A stretch of DNA of 35,421 nt from a virus (IMGVR_UViG_3300007640_000104:1-35421), one strand, 5' to 3'; counted from the first letter of the stretch, positions 9,004 through 19,154 are shown. Notes: a model not told the origin generated them from the sequence alone. Numbers and translations: made by a program.

Positions 9004-9810
9004 ATGGCAACACAAAAAGCCAACTCTTCAGCGGTGGTCGAAAAGACTACAGCTGCACCTCCATCATTAGACATTTCTTCTTTAGAGAAGTTTGCTGGTG
9101 CTGGAGCGGAAAATGTTACATCACAAGATGTATCACTTCCATTTCTTAAAATTCTCACTAGCAATTCACCTCATGTAACACAAGGTGATTCAAAGTTTAT
9201 TGAGAATGCAAGACCAGGACAAGTAATTAATACTGTTCTGAATAAACTGTATAACGGTAAAGACGGATTTAAAGTCGTACCGTGTTTTTATAAATTCGAA
9301 TATGTAGAATGGGCAGACAGAGGTAAAGCTGATTCGCTTGCACCTGTTAATTCTTATCCTGCAGATTCAGACATCATGACTAAAACTAAAAGAGGTGATG
9401 ATAGAAAAGATAGATTGGACAATGGTAATTACATTGAGCCAACTCATTATCACTATGTTTTAATTGTAGATGAGAATGATCAACCTGCTGAAACAGCGGT
9501 CATTGTTATGAAAGCCACTCAAGCAAAGAAATCTAAGAAGTGGAATTCAATGATGTTATCTCAAAGACGAAAAGGCAAGAATGGCTTTTTCCAACCACCA
9601 ACATGGTCTCAAATCTATACTTTGAAAACTGTGTTAGAAAAGAATAATTTAGGTTCTTGGTACGGTTGGGAAGTAGAACATACTAAAGACATTCCTAATG
9701 CAACTTTAATGGAAGGTGCGAAAGCTTTCTATGAAACTTGTTCTAAAGGAATGGCTAAGGTTAGTCTATCTCAAGAGAACGAGAATACTGCGGAGGCTAC
9801 ACCGTTTTAA
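9004..9810 (+). CDS. Putative single-stranded DNA-binding/annealing protein
   Basis: AAGGAG RBS, acidic tail ending PF, aromatic-rich core, lies upstream of the primase. Confidence 0.6.
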   Translation: MATQKANSSAVVEKTTAAPPSLDISSLEKFAGAGAENVTSQDVSLPFLKILTSNSPHVTQGDSKFIENARPGQVINTVLNKLYNGKDGFKVVPCFYKFEYVEWADRGKADSLAPVNSYPADSDIMTKTKRGDDRKDRLDNGNYIEPTHYHYVLIVDENDQPAETAVIVMKATQAKKSKKWNSMMLSQRRKGKNGFFQPPTWSQIYTLKTVLEKNNLGSWYGWEVEHTKDIPNATLMEGAKAFYETCSKGMAKVSLSQENENTAEATPF

Positions 9811-9812
9811 TT

Positions 9813-11354
9813 ATGGAGTCGCTAGATTTTTTTAGCGACCTATTCGGTGGATTAGACTCTGCTTACGGTACCTACGAGCTAAATGGGGCTCGTAGGTCCG
9901 ATGGTAAAGCTGAAGGAAAGGCATTTACTAAGAAAGGCGCTGTAACAAAAGAATTATTTCTGAAACACCTCAAAGGTGAATTGTCTTTAGGTATTGTACC
10001 TATTATGAAAGACAATAACTGTAAGTGGGGATGTATTGATGTAGATAAATATAATTTAGATATTACATCTACAATTAAAAAAATTAGAGATAATAATATT
10101 CCTTTATTTCCATACAGATCTAAATCTGGTGGATTACATTTATTCTTACATATTGATGGAGTTATACCTGCATCGGATATGATTTCTAAATTAACAGAGA
10201 TTGCTGGTGTACTTGGTTTTGGAGATTGTGAAATATTTCCTAAACAAAGAACCATTAATGTAGAATTAGGAACCATTGGTAATTGGTTAAATCTTCCTTA
10301 TCACAACGCAGAGATGACTATGCGTTACGCAATAAACGACAACGGCCACTCGATACCTATTGATGCATTAGAAGCAGCAGTAAAAAAATATTTAATTAAA
10401 CCAGAAGATTTTTACAAGATAGAAGCAAAACTAGAACATGAGGATGATGATATGTTTAATGAATATCCTCCATGTGTTCAAGCATTTATGACACAGTCTA
10501 TGGAAGCAGGAGGTCGTAACGAAGCTTTATTTAACGTAGGTGTCTGTATGATTAAGAAGTTAGGTAAAGATGGTGCATGGGAAAATGATCTTCATGAAGT
10601 AAATAAAAATTGGGGAGAGAATGCATTACCTGCAAATGAAATTAAAAATACTATTATTAAATCTTTAAATAAAGAAAAGGAATATAATTACAAATGTAAT
10701 ACACCACCTGCAAAAAGATTTTGTAATCAAGACTTATGTATCAAAAGAAAATTAGGTATTGGTAAAGGTAACTATAGTTTTTCTGTAGATTCATTTCAAA
10801 AGATAAATACCAAACCACCTAAATATATTTTAACGATAGATAAAAAACCTGTAAGACTTACAGGACAACAATTGTGTCAGCAACAATTATTAAAAACAGA
10901 ATTGTTTGATACAGATATTGTTTGGAAAACTATGGAGAAGGAACAATTTCATCTATGGTTAAATTATTTAAAATCAATTCAAACAGATGTAGAAGGATAT
11001 GACTTTACCGATGATGATAAAGATGAGTTTCAATATTTGTTTAAAAACTTTATTGATGACAATCAAGTTGCAGATCATATTACTCAAACACAAACTGATT
11101 ATGTCTATGAAGAAAACAATTATTTATTTTTTAGAGCAGAAATATTTAAGAAGTTTTTAAAAAAAGAAGGTCAGAACTTAAAGGCATCTGAAGTTAAAGA
11201 GATGTTAATTGATAATGGTGCAGAATATATTCGTAAGCATGGCGATTATACTGCAAGATTATGGAAAATACCTAAACCTAAACTAGAGGATATTAAAGAT
11301 CGAAATGTTAAATTCGACAAAAAACTCCCATCGTTTGACCCAGATAACCAATAA
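9813..11354 (+). CDS. Archaeo-eukaryotic primase (AEP) with PriCT-like domain
   Basis: WGCIDVD, SKSGGLHLF, EIFPKQ, GNWLNLPY, PPC..GGRNEALF and a Cys cluster. Confidence 0.85.
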   Translation: MESLDFFSDLFGGLDSAYGTYELNGARRSDGKAEGKAFTKKGAVTKELFLKHLKGELSLGIVPIMKDNNCKWGCIDVDKYNLDITSTIKKIRDNNIPLFPYRSKSGGLHLFLHIDGVIPASDMISKLTEIAGVLGFGDCEIFPKQRTINVELGTIGNWLNLPYHNAEMTMRYAINDNGHSIPIDALEAAVKKYLIKPEDFYKIEAKLEHEDDDMFNEYPPCVQAFMTQSMEAGGRNEALFNVGVCMIKKLGKDGAWENDLHEVNKNWGENALPANEIKNTIIKSLNKEKEYNYKCNTPPAKRFCNQDLCIKRKLGIGKGNYSFSVDSFQKINTKPPKYILTIDKKPVRLTGQQLCQQQLLKTELFDTDIVWKTMEKEQFHLWLNYLKSIQTDVEGYDFTDDDKDEFQYLFKNFIDDNQVADHITQTQTDYVYEENNYLFFRAEIFKKFLKKEGQNLKASEVKEMLIDNGAEYIRKHGDYTARLWKIPKPKLEDIKDRNVKFDKKLPSFDPDNQ

Positions 11355-12906
11355 AACTTTTAAAATATTTGGTCCTCCTGGTACAGGCAAAACGACTAGA
11401 CTAATTAAAATATTAGAAAAGTGGTTACGACTTGGAGTTAAACCGCACGAAATTGTTTATGTGTCTTTTACTAACAAAGCAATTAACGAAGCGGTATCTA
11501 GAGTATTAAAAAAGTTTAAAGATTACAAAGAAGAAGACTTTGATAATTTTAGAACCATACATTCTTTTTGTAAAAAACATTTACGAAGTGCTCAAGTGCT
11601 GGATCCTAAAACAGATATGTTAGAGTTTCATACAACGTTTGGAACGGTTAAAGCAGATCTTACTGAAGAAGATATGAATCATAAAGTATTTAATAATTGG
11701 TGTTTGAGAGTTTATGATAAATCTAGGAATATGTTAATTCATCCTGATGAAGGATTTAGAAGAGAATCTATGAAGAGAGCTCGATTTAAACAATACAAAG
11801 ACATTGTAAGAAATTATGAAGCATTTAAAAAAGATCACAGGATAGATTTTACAGATATGGTACAAAAATTTATTAAAGAAGTACCTGTTCAAACTTATAA
11901 AGTATTTATTGTAGATGAAGCACAAGATTTAACTCCTCTTCAGTGGCAATTTGTTGCAAAGGTTGCAGACAAAGCTCATAGAATTTATTTAGCAGGAGAT
12001 GATGATCAAGCGATCTATGAATGGAATGGTGCAGATGTACATACCTTTTTAAACTTTCCAGGTAGAGTGTTTATATTAAAGAAATCATATCGATTAAATA
12101 AAGATGTGCATTTATTATCAGAACAGATATTGAAATTAATTCCTATGAGACAGGAAAAAGAGTTTACATCTAACGATGTAGAGGGTCATATTGCCAGGTG
12201 GTCAAAGTTTAACGAAGTGCCTTTCGAACAACTATCTGGCAACTGGCTTATTCTAGGTCGGGTTGGAGATTGTGTGAATGAATTAAAAGAAATGGCAAGA
12301 CAAAAAGGATTATACTTTCAAGATATGAGAGGTAATAAATCTTTTAATATCAATAAATGGAATGCAATTAATTATTGGAGAAAACTAATTGGTGGAGAAA
12401 CTTTAGTTAGAGAAGAAGTAGGCGTGTTATATGATTTTATACAAGAGATTGGAAGAGGTTGGCGTAAGATTGATTCGAAAAATTGGTCTACTATACATCC
12501 TAATGAACCATTAAATTTAGAAAAGCTATATCAATGTGGATTAACCTCAACAGAAAAAGAGTGGTGGAAAGTTTTAAATAGAAAATTTACATCTAGAGAC
12601 TTGGATTATTTTGAAAATGTGTTAAGTAAAGGAATTGAACTTAATGACAAATCCAATATCATTATCGATACGATTCACGCAGTTAAAGGAGGTGAAGCAG
12701 ATAATGTTCTTATTTATGAAAAAGCTAATTGGCCTTCTAATTTTTCAAATAAAAATGGTGTGGAAAAAATGGCAGAAGCTCGTGTTTGGTATACTGGAGT
12801 TACTAGAGCAAAGAAAACACTTCATTTTTTATCTACTAATCATGAGTATTATTTCCCTATTGGCAAAATATTATCTAACTATGTAAGGAGCAAACATGAC
12901 AACTAA
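11305..12906 (+). CDS. UvrD/Rep-family SF1 helicase
   Basis: GPPGTGKTT, TIHSFC, VDEAQD, GDDDQAIY, TIHAVKGGEAD and YTGVTRAK. Start may be the TTG at 11335. Confidence 0.95.
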   Translation: MLNSTKNSHRLTQITNKTFKIFGPPGTGKTTRLIKILEKWLRLGVKPHEIVYVSFTNKAINEAVSRVLKKFKDYKEEDFDNFRTIHSFCKKHLRSAQVLDPKTDMLEFHTTFGTVKADLTEEDMNHKVFNNWCLRVYDKSRNMLIHPDEGFRRESMKRARFKQYKDIVRNYEAFKKDHRIDFTDMVQKFIKEVPVQTYKVFIVDEAQDLTPLQWQFVAKVADKAHRIYLAGDDDQAIYEWNGADVHTFLNFPGRVFILKKSYRLNKDVHLLSEQILKLIPMRQEKEFTSNDVEGHIARWSKFNEVPFEQLSGNWLILGRVGDCVNELKEMARQKGLYFQDMRGNKSFNINKWNAINYWRKLIGGETLVREEVGVLYDFIQEIGRGWRKIDSKNWSTIHPNEPLNLEKLYQCGLTSTEKEWWKVLNRKFTSRDLDYFENVLSKGIELNDKSNIIIDTIHAVKGGEADNVLIYEKANWPSNFSNKNGVEKMAEARVWYTGVTRAKKTLHFLSTNHEYYFPIGKILSNYVRSKHDN

Positions 12907-13135
12907 AGAAGATCTTGAACGAGTGTTTCCATCTAACAGACAAGAAGGTGGTGATCATTACAGTAAACACACAATACAGCCCTATACATTTATAACAGAA
13001 AACAATCTTTCTTTTTTTCAAGGAAACGTAATTAAATATGTTGTGCGTTACAAAGATAAAAATGGAATAGAAGACCTAAAAAAGATAATTCATTATTGTG
13101 AGTTAGAGATAGAGAGGATGAGAAATGCTAAATAA
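12896..13135 (+). CDS. DUF3310 protein (T7 gp1.7-like nucleotide kinase family)
   Basis: QEGGDHY, IQP, FFQGNVIKYVVRYKDKNGIEDLKK. Confidence 0.9.
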   Translation: MTTKEDLERVFPSNRQEGGDHYSKHTIQPYTFITENNLSFFQGNVIKYVVRYKDKNGIEDLKKIIHYCELEIERMRNAK

Positions 13136-13796
13136 GGAAATTATACCTTTATTTTCACATAATATTTTTAAATATAGAATTGATCCTAAATTATTTAACA
13201 AGAAAAAAATTTTAGATACTATTAATTCAAATTATAATAAAAAAAAGTATAGAAACAATTGGGATCACAATCAAGTTTTTCCTAGTAATTTTCATCACAG
13301 TAATAAAGATGAAGACAATAAAAATTTTTTAATCCCAGATTATTCTTCACTATTACCTATTTACGAAAATATATTTAAAAACTTATATACTAATTTAAAA
13401 TTTAAAACGGGTATTAAATTTAATTTTAGTTTTGACATTGTAAATTATACTTGTAGTGATGAAGATCAATTTATGAGAAAACACGACCATGTTAGAGATT
13501 CTGATTTTTCTTGTGTTCATTATTTACAATTTGATAATGAACATGCACCTACTGTATTTTACAATCCAAGTGAATTTATAGGTAGAGAAACATTAAAACT
13601 TTTAAGAAATAACTTTTTTAAAAAGTTAGATGATAATTATTTAGAAAATTCAGGTTATTTTAAATTATTAACACTGCAATGTGAAGAGGATGATATGATT
13701 ATATTTCCATCACATTTAGAACATGCTGTACCTCAAGTAAGAGAAAAATATAAACAAAATAGAATAACAATAGTTACAAATACTCGTATTGAATGA
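13125..13796 (+). CDS. 2OG-Fe(II) oxygenase superfamily protein
   Basis: HDH..SDFSCVHYL, IIFPSHLEHAV and RITIVTN. Confidence 0.9.
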   Translation: MLNKEIIPLFSHNIFKYRIDPKLFNKKKILDTINSNYNKKKYRNNWDHNQVFPSNFHHSNKDEDNKNFLIPDYSSLLPIYENIFKNLYTNLKFKTGIKFNFSFDIVNYTCSDEDQFMRKHDHVRDSDFSCVHYLQFDNEHAPTVFYNPSEFIGRETLKLLRNNFFKKLDDNYLENSGYFKLLTLQCEEDDMIIFPSHLEHAVPQVREKYKQNRITIVTNTRIE

Positions 13797-14458
13797 TGAG
13801 TAAACCTATAGAAATACATACCAATTTATTTGGCAGGCTAAAAGAACATAAGGTGGATATTAAAACTGCCGTAGATGTAGGTTGTTATAAAGGAGAATGG
13901 TCTAAACGATTAAAAAAAATTTATCCAAACGTAAACTTATACTTAATTGATGCCTCTGATACATATGCAAAAGAATTAAATGAACTAGGAACTTTTATTA
14001 GTGCATATGTAGGTCAAAATGAAGAAGAAAGAGATTTTTATCATAGTGATCAAAGTGAAACAGGAGACTCTTTGTATTTAGAAAACTCTAATATTAAATT
14101 TAATTCTAAAAAAATTAAAACTAAAAAATTAATGGATATAATTCCATTTCAAAATTATGATTATATAAAAATGGATGTGCAAGGAGCAGAACTAGAAATT
14201 ATAGAAGGTTCTTTACCTTTGTTTACAAAAACAAAATGGGTTCAATTAGAATGTCCTATTCATCCTAATAATGAAGGAGCTCCTAATTTTGCACAAATTA
14301 TTAATTATATGACAAATAGCGGATTTGAAACCTTTGATATTGAAAATATATTTTACAATAGGAAATTAATGTGTATAGATTTTCTTTTTAATAATATTAC
14401 TTTACCAAAAGTAACTGCCTTAGAATCTAAAACAATAGAATATAATATAACTAAATGA
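13793..14458 (+). CDS. FkbM-family SAM methyltransferase
   Basis: VDVGCYKGEWS, YIKMDVQGAELEII and DFLF. Confidence 0.9.
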   Translation: MMSKPIEIHTNLFGRLKEHKVDIKTAVDVGCYKGEWSKRLKKIYPNVNLYLIDASDTYAKELNELGTFISAYVGQNEEERDFYHSDQSETGDSLYLENSNIKFNSKKIKTKKLMDIIPFQNYDYIKMDVQGAELEIIEGSLPLFTKTKWVQLECPIHPNNEGAPNFAQIINYMTNSGFETFDIENIFYNRKLMCIDFLFNNITLPKVTALESKTIEYNITK

Positions 14459-16329
14459 CTACACAACTAACATTTACACAGACTGAAAGTGACTGGACAC
14501 CGCCCACCGAATACCCAGACTTAACAAACAGATCAGTTATCGCAATTGACTTAGAAACAAGAGATCCAGATATAAAACAAAAAGGACCAGGTTGGGCTAC
14601 AAAAAATGGAGAAGTAGTTGGAATTGCTGTAGCTGCAGATGGATTCAAAGGTTACTTTCCTATTGCACACGAAAAGGGACCAAACTTAGATCCTGGTATG
14701 ACTTTAAAATGGTTTGCAAAAATGATGGCGTCAGATGCAGACAAGATTTGTCATAATGCTTCATACGATATTGGTTGGTGTAAAGCTATGGGTATCAAAG
14801 TAAATGGAAGAATCATTGATACGATGTTAGCTGGAGCTATTATTGATGAAAACAGAAGAGGTTATTCTTTAAATGCATTATCTGCAGAGTATTTAGGTGA
14901 AGTTAAAGTAGAAACAAAATTAAGAGAGAAAGCAGAAGAGTGGGGTCTTGATGCAAAACAAGATTTGTGGAGATTGCCAGCAAGCTTTGTTGGAGAGTAC
15001 GCAGAACAAGATGCAGAACTAACTTTAAAGTTATGGAGAAAATTTGAAACAGAAATAAGAACTCAAAACTTACAAACCATATTTGATATGGAAACTAAAT
15101 TGTTACCTATCTTAATTGAAATGCGAGAGCATGGAATCAGAGTGGATTTAGATAAAGCAGATAAAATGAAAAAAGTTTTTGTTCAAGAAGAACAGAAAAA
15201 AGTCAAAGAAATCAAAGATTTAACAGGTGTTGATGTAGAAATATGGGCGGCGGTATCTTTAGCGAAAGCTTTTGACGCACTTAAAATACCTTATGATCGA
15301 ACAGAAAAAACAAAAGCACCTAGCTTTACATCCAATTGGCTGTTAAATTGCACTCATCCTTTAGCTAAACTTGTAAGAGAAGCTAGGGAGATGAATAAAT
15401 TTCATTCAACATTTATCGATAGTATATTTAAATATGAACATAAAGGACGAATTCACGCGGAAATTAATCAGTTACGTAGTGATAATGGGGGGACTGTTAG
15501 CGGTAGGCTTTCTATGTCAAACCCAAACCTCCAACAAGTACCAGCAAGAAACAAAGAATTTGGAAAACAAATTCGATCATTATTTTTGCCTGATGAAGGA
15601 ACCAAATGGGGTTCATTCGACTACTCTCAACAAGAACCAAGACTTGTGGTGCATTATGCATCTTCAGTCGATTCAGGATTCGAAGGATCCTTTGAATTAA
15701 TTAAAGCATATGAAAAAGAAGACACGGACTTTCACCAAGTGGTTGCTGATATGGCTGATATACCTCGATCGCAAGCGAAAACAATCAATCTTGGGCTCTT
15801 TTACGGAATGGGAGCTGCGAAGTTATCGAGAGAACTTGGTATTGATACGGAGTCTGCGAAAAATCTTTTAGCAGAATATAATCGTAAAGTACCTTTTGTA
15901 AAACAACTTGCGAATCGTTGTATGGCGGTTGCAGATAAAAAAGGTTGTGTGGTGACGATACGAGGAAGACATTGTAGATTTAATATGTGGGAACCAAAGT
16001 CGTGGGGTGTATATACTCCAATGACATTGCAAGAGGCATCTTCTAAATACGAAATGCATCAATTGAAACGTGCAGGAACTTACAAAGCATTAAACAGATT
16101 GATACAAGGTAGTGCAGCAGATCAAACTAAACAAGCGATTATAGATTGTTACGACAACGGCCACAGGCCACTGTTACAAATTCATGATGAACTTTGTTTT
16201 AATATTACATCAGACGAAGATACAAAAACAATTCAATCAAAAATGGAACACTGTTTAGATGACGTACCTATGAAAGTCCCTTCAAAAGTTGATATTGCAA
16301 TTGGTGATAATTGGGGCGATGCCACTTAG
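14455..16329 (+). CDS. polA: Family A DNA polymerase (3'-5' exo + pol, no 5'-3' exo), Leu762 type
   Basis: IDLET, HNASYD, YAEQDA, SGRLSMSNPNLQQVP, DYSQQEPR, RSQAKTINLGLFYG, IQGSAAD and QIHDEL. Confidence 0.97.
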   Translation: MTTQLTFTQTESDWTPPTEYPDLTNRSVIAIDLETRDPDIKQKGPGWATKNGEVVGIAVAADGFKGYFPIAHEKGPNLDPGMTLKWFAKMMASDADKICHNASYDIGWCKAMGIKVNGRIIDTMLAGAIIDENRRGYSLNALSAEYLGEVKVETKLREKAEEWGLDAKQDLWRLPASFVGEYAEQDAELTLKLWRKFETEIRTQNLQTIFDMETKLLPILIEMREHGIRVDLDKADKMKKVFVQEEQKKVKEIKDLTGVDVEIWAAVSLAKAFDALKIPYDRTEKTKAPSFTSNWLLNCTHPLAKLVREAREMNKFHSTFIDSIFKYEHKGRIHAEINQLRSDNGGTVSGRLSMSNPNLQQVPARNKEFGKQIRSLFLPDEGTKWGSFDYSQQEPRLVVHYASSVDSGFEGSFELIKAYEKEDTDFHQVVADMADIPRSQAKTINLGLFYGMGAAKLSRELGIDTESAKNLLAEYNRKVPFVKQLANRCMAVADKKGCVVTIRGRHCRFNMWEPKSWGVYTPMTLQEASSKYEMHQLKRAGTYKALNRLIQGSAADQTKQAIIDCYDNGHRPLLQIHDELCFNITSDEDTKTIQSKMEHCLDDVPMKVPSKVDIAIGDNWGDAT

Positions 16330-16957
16330 AATATTACACGTAAGAACATCTAAAACAGCTAGCACTGCATTACAAACGTGGGTTGGAATAAATCAAGAAT
16401 TTATTAAATCCACAGATAATACAAAATGGTTGAATCAGCCCAATAATCAAAATAAATTACAAGATAAACAATTTAATATTTATATAACTTCTGTAAGAAA
16501 TCCATATCGAAGAGCTTATTCGCAATACAAATATTTAATAAGAGACAATAATTGGAAAAAATATTGCACTCCACAATCTTTCAAAGAATTTTTAGAAATT
16601 GATTTTACTAAAATTAACCATCAACATTTATCTACCCATATGACCCCAATAAGTTATTATTTAGGAAAATCTCTTAATGGTAAAACGGTTCATTACCTTA
16701 AAGCAGAAAGATTATATGAAGATATAGGTATATTATGTAAAACATATGATTTGAAACCGCCTAAAGAAAAAAAAATAATTTATGAAACTCATTATTACAA
16801 ACCAGAGATGAATGAGCAATTTAAAAATAAAGAAATAAGAGAATTATGTTATAATAAATACAAAGATGATTTTATTAACTTTAATTACAATAAAGAAGAT
16901 TACAAAGATTTATATCCAGAACAAGCGCACTTAAAAAGTATATATTGCGATAGGTGA
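16319..16957 (+). CDS. Sulfotransferase family 2 (carbohydrate sulfotransferase-like)
   Basis: 5'-PSB-like HVRTSKTASTAL, 3'-PB SVRNPYRRAYSQY and C-terminal YKDDFINFNY. ATG 16319 overlaps the polA end. Confidence 0.8.
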   Translation: MPLRILHVRTSKTASTALQTWVGINQEFIKSTDNTKWLNQPNNQNKLQDKQFNIYITSVRNPYRRAYSQYKYLIRDNNWKKYCTPQSFKEFLEIDFTKINHQHLSTHMTPISYYLGKSLNGKTVHYLKAERLYEDIGILCKTYDLKPPKEKKIIYETHYYKPEMNEQFKNKEIRELCYNKYKDDFINFNYNKEDYKDLYPEQAHLKSIYCDR

Positions 16958-16988
16958 CAACTAGGGTGATGCAAGCTAAACTGTAGTA

Positions 16989-17183
16989 ATGAAAAAATTT
17001 CTTAGTCCCGACACTGTTGTGGGTCAATGTCCTAATTGTAGAAGAGATACAGTGTTTGATGCTACAGAAGATGTGAACATTTATACCTGCGGACTTTGTT
17101 ATAAAAAAGCAAAACAATGGAAGAATGGAAAAATACATTGGGCAGTTATTACCGATGATAACTCATATGTAGATTATCTTTAA
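16989..17183 (+). CDS. Small Zn-ribbon protein
   Basis: CPNC...CGLC. Confidence 0.65.
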   Translation: MKKFLSPDTVVGQCPNCRRDTVFDATEDVNIYTCGLCYKKAKQWKNGKIHWAVITDDNSYVDYL

Positions 17184-17242
17184 GCGAAAAATATCCTTAT
17201 AACAACATTCAATTTTAGGTTGTTTATACGACTACTAACTAT

Positions 17243-17455
17243 TTAACCAGCAAAAGCGTGTATTTCGTAATCTGTGCTATTGCCATTTGCAGTTTCAAAA
17301 TCTGATCTTGCAATCAGCTCTCTAACAACATCTTTAATTTGTCGAGAGATTGTCTGCATTTCATTTGTCACTTTGCCCTCTTCCATGAACTTAGTGTTCC
17401 AAAGAGACTCAAGAGCCATTTTCTTTGCTAAAAGTGACTGAGACGTTCTTACCAT
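17243..17455 (-). CDS. Hypothetical protein
   Basis: GAGGAG RBS, helical 70-aa ORF. Confidence 0.6.
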   Translation of the reverse strand: MVRTSQSLLAKKMALESLWNTKFMEEGKVTNEMQTISRQIKDVVRELIARSDFETANGNSTDYEIHAFAG

Positions 17456-17642
17456 TCTCTATCTCCTCTATAGTTACTAAACATAAATGTTTAAGTATAC
17501 CTGCTGAATCCTTTTGAATTTTTACATTGTTAGAATTCAGCTGTTTAATGAAGTTATCAATTGCCTGCTCATCTGACTCGGCCTCAACTTTATGATCGAG
17601 GTACGCTCCGAGATGTCGAGCTTGGATACGATACGACTTCAT
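17409..17642 (-). CDS. Hypothetical protein (YRIQAR...VEAESDEQA)
   Basis: TTGATT-N17-TAAAAT lies 6 nt before the ATG. Confidence 0.65.
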   Translation of the reverse strand: MKSYRIQARHLGAYLDHKVEAESDEQAIDNFIKQLNSNNVKIQKDSAGILKHLCLVTIEEIENGKNVSVTFSKENGS

Positions 17643-17673
17643 GGGATAATTTTAACTCCTTTTTATTGAAAAA

Positions 17674-17910
17674 TCAAGTTTTTTTGCCTTTTGTGGTTTC
17701 GATGCACCATAATTCTCCATTGGTAATTGTCAAGCCATTTCTTTCTAAAACAGCCCTAATTTCAATAGCTTTTCGTTTACCTGCATTATCACAATCACTT
17801 AAAGACTTGTAATGAACTACAGGTTCTTCCCAAAAATTCATACAGGATTCTCCCCATTGATTGTTATCCGCAAAACAAATCAAACCAAATAGTGCAAAAG
17901 TTTTTAACAT
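17674..17910 (-). CDS. Small exported/periplasmic-like protein with 4 Cys
   Basis: Hydrophobic N-terminus (FALFGLICF), then C...Y.S..DC...WC. Confidence 0.6.
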   Translation of the reverse strand: MLKTFALFGLICFADNNQWGESCMNFWEEPVVHYKSLSDCDNAGKRKAIEIRAVLERNGLTITNGELWCIETTKGKKT

Positions 17911-17953
17911 TTTTTACTTGACCTTTCCTTATCATAACCTATATACATGGGAT

Positions 17954-18175
17954 ATGAATAAAACTTTAACCAATAGAGAACGTCTAATCTCTAAACTAAA
18001 ACCTCTCGAGAAGAAAGGTAAAGTTACAATTAATTATGACACAGGTGAAGTAACATTACTAGGAAAATCGGAAGAAGAAAATCGTGACATACTTCAACGA
18101 TTTATGTATTCAGATCCTAGAACTTGTTTACAAATAATGCAACAAATGTATGGAGAGACAAATGACAATAACTAA
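17954..18175 (+). CDS. Hypothetical protein, probably leaderless
   Basis: In-frame ATG at 17954 directly after TTGACC(17918)...TATATA(17940). Confidence 0.6.
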   Translation: MNKTLTNRERLISKLKPLEKKGKVTINYDTGEVTLLGKSEEENRDILQRFMYSDPRTCLQIMQQMYGETNDNN

Positions 18176-18461
18176 AGCTAAAAGTGTTTGTTTTAAATTA
18201 TTCGTACGAGAGATTGATGATATCTTGAGTAAGATACACAATAAAAGTGTGGATGGGGATCCTTTAACGGAAAATCATCCTGAATGGTTTAGTGCTAGAG
18301 AAAGATTAATTAGCATTAAAGTCGGTGGACCACACTTCGGTACTTTCCCCATAAACTTTCAACTTGCAAATCATTTAATTTTATCTGAACTAGCACACAG
18401 AGAAAATTATTGTAAAGAACATCATGATGAGTATATTGAAAAGATGAGGTTAGTAAACTAA
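18162..18461 (+). CDS. Hypothetical protein
   Basis: GGAG RBS before ATG 18162 within ORF 18150..18461. Confidence 0.6.
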   Translation: MTITKAKSVCFKLFVREIDDILSKIHNKSVDGDPLTENHPEWFSARERLISIKVGGPHFGTFPINFQLANHLILSELAHRENYCKEHHDEYIEKMRLVN

Positions 18462-18571
18462 TGGATAATATCGGTTTAGCTATATTTGTTTTATTCTTAC
18501 TGTTATTTCCAAAACTATGTCTAGGATTACTTGCAGCAATTGCAGCATTTATTTTTGGCACAACATTTTAA
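18461..18571 (+). CDS. 36-aa membrane mini-protein, not in ORF track
   Basis: MDNIGLAIFVLFLLLFPKLCLGLLAAIAAFIFGTTF*; TAATG coupling. Confidence 0.65.
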   Translation: MDNIGLAIFVLFLLLFPKLCLGLLAAIAAFIFGTTF

Positions 18572-18578
18572 GGAGAAT

Positions 18579-18932
18579 ATGAAAAAAAAATTAGAAAATG
18601 AAGATGCTATGTTTGCAAAACATCAAAGAGACTGGCAAAGACAAGTACAAAAATTTATGATTAAAGGTATACAACTTCATGAAAAAATAACTAATCAACC
18701 CATGATTTCAGGAATGCAAGAAACTTTGTTGTTTAGCATTATGTGGATTGAATTTGTAGAAGCGTATAAAAATTTAAGCCCTAGCACGTTAGATGCAGAT
18801 GTAGATTTTCTAAAACATATGTTTGCTAAAGTCATGGAAGGAGATATTCCATTCAAACAAAGATGGCAGGATGGCGACGGATATGATGTTGGCCCTGCTG
18901 AAAATTTATATAAAAAACATACAATTAACTAA
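18579..18932 (+). CDS. Hypothetical protein
   Basis: AAGGAG RBS before ATG 18579. Confidence 0.65.
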   Translation: MKKKLENEDAMFAKHQRDWQRQVQKFMIKGIQLHEKITNQPMISGMQETLLFSIMWIEFVEAYKNLSPSTLDADVDFLKHMFAKVMEGDIPFKQRWQDGDGYDVGPAENLYKKHTIN

Positions 18933-18944
18933 GGAGAAAAAACA

Positions 18945-19154
18945 ATGGACATTAATAAATGGAAAAGTGTTGCTGTAAAAAAAGAAACGCACACACTCTT
19001 AACTGCACTCTGCACAATCAAAGAAAGGAATCCAGCACGAATGATATCCAAGCTGGTCAATGATTATGTAGAAATACTTGCAAAAAAGAATAAGCGATCG
19101 TTAGATGTTTATCGAAAGGAACTTCTTAAAAAAGGTTCTGATGCAACTAAATAA
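18945..19154 (+). CDS. Putative ribbon-helix-helix DNA-binding protein
   Basis: KWKSVAV strand, helix (KETHTLLTALC), turn, helix (PARMISKLV). AAGGAG RBS. Confidence 0.6.
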   Translation: MDINKWKSVAVKKETHTLLTALCTIKERNPARMISKLVNDYVEILAKKNKRSLDVYRKELLKKGSDATK

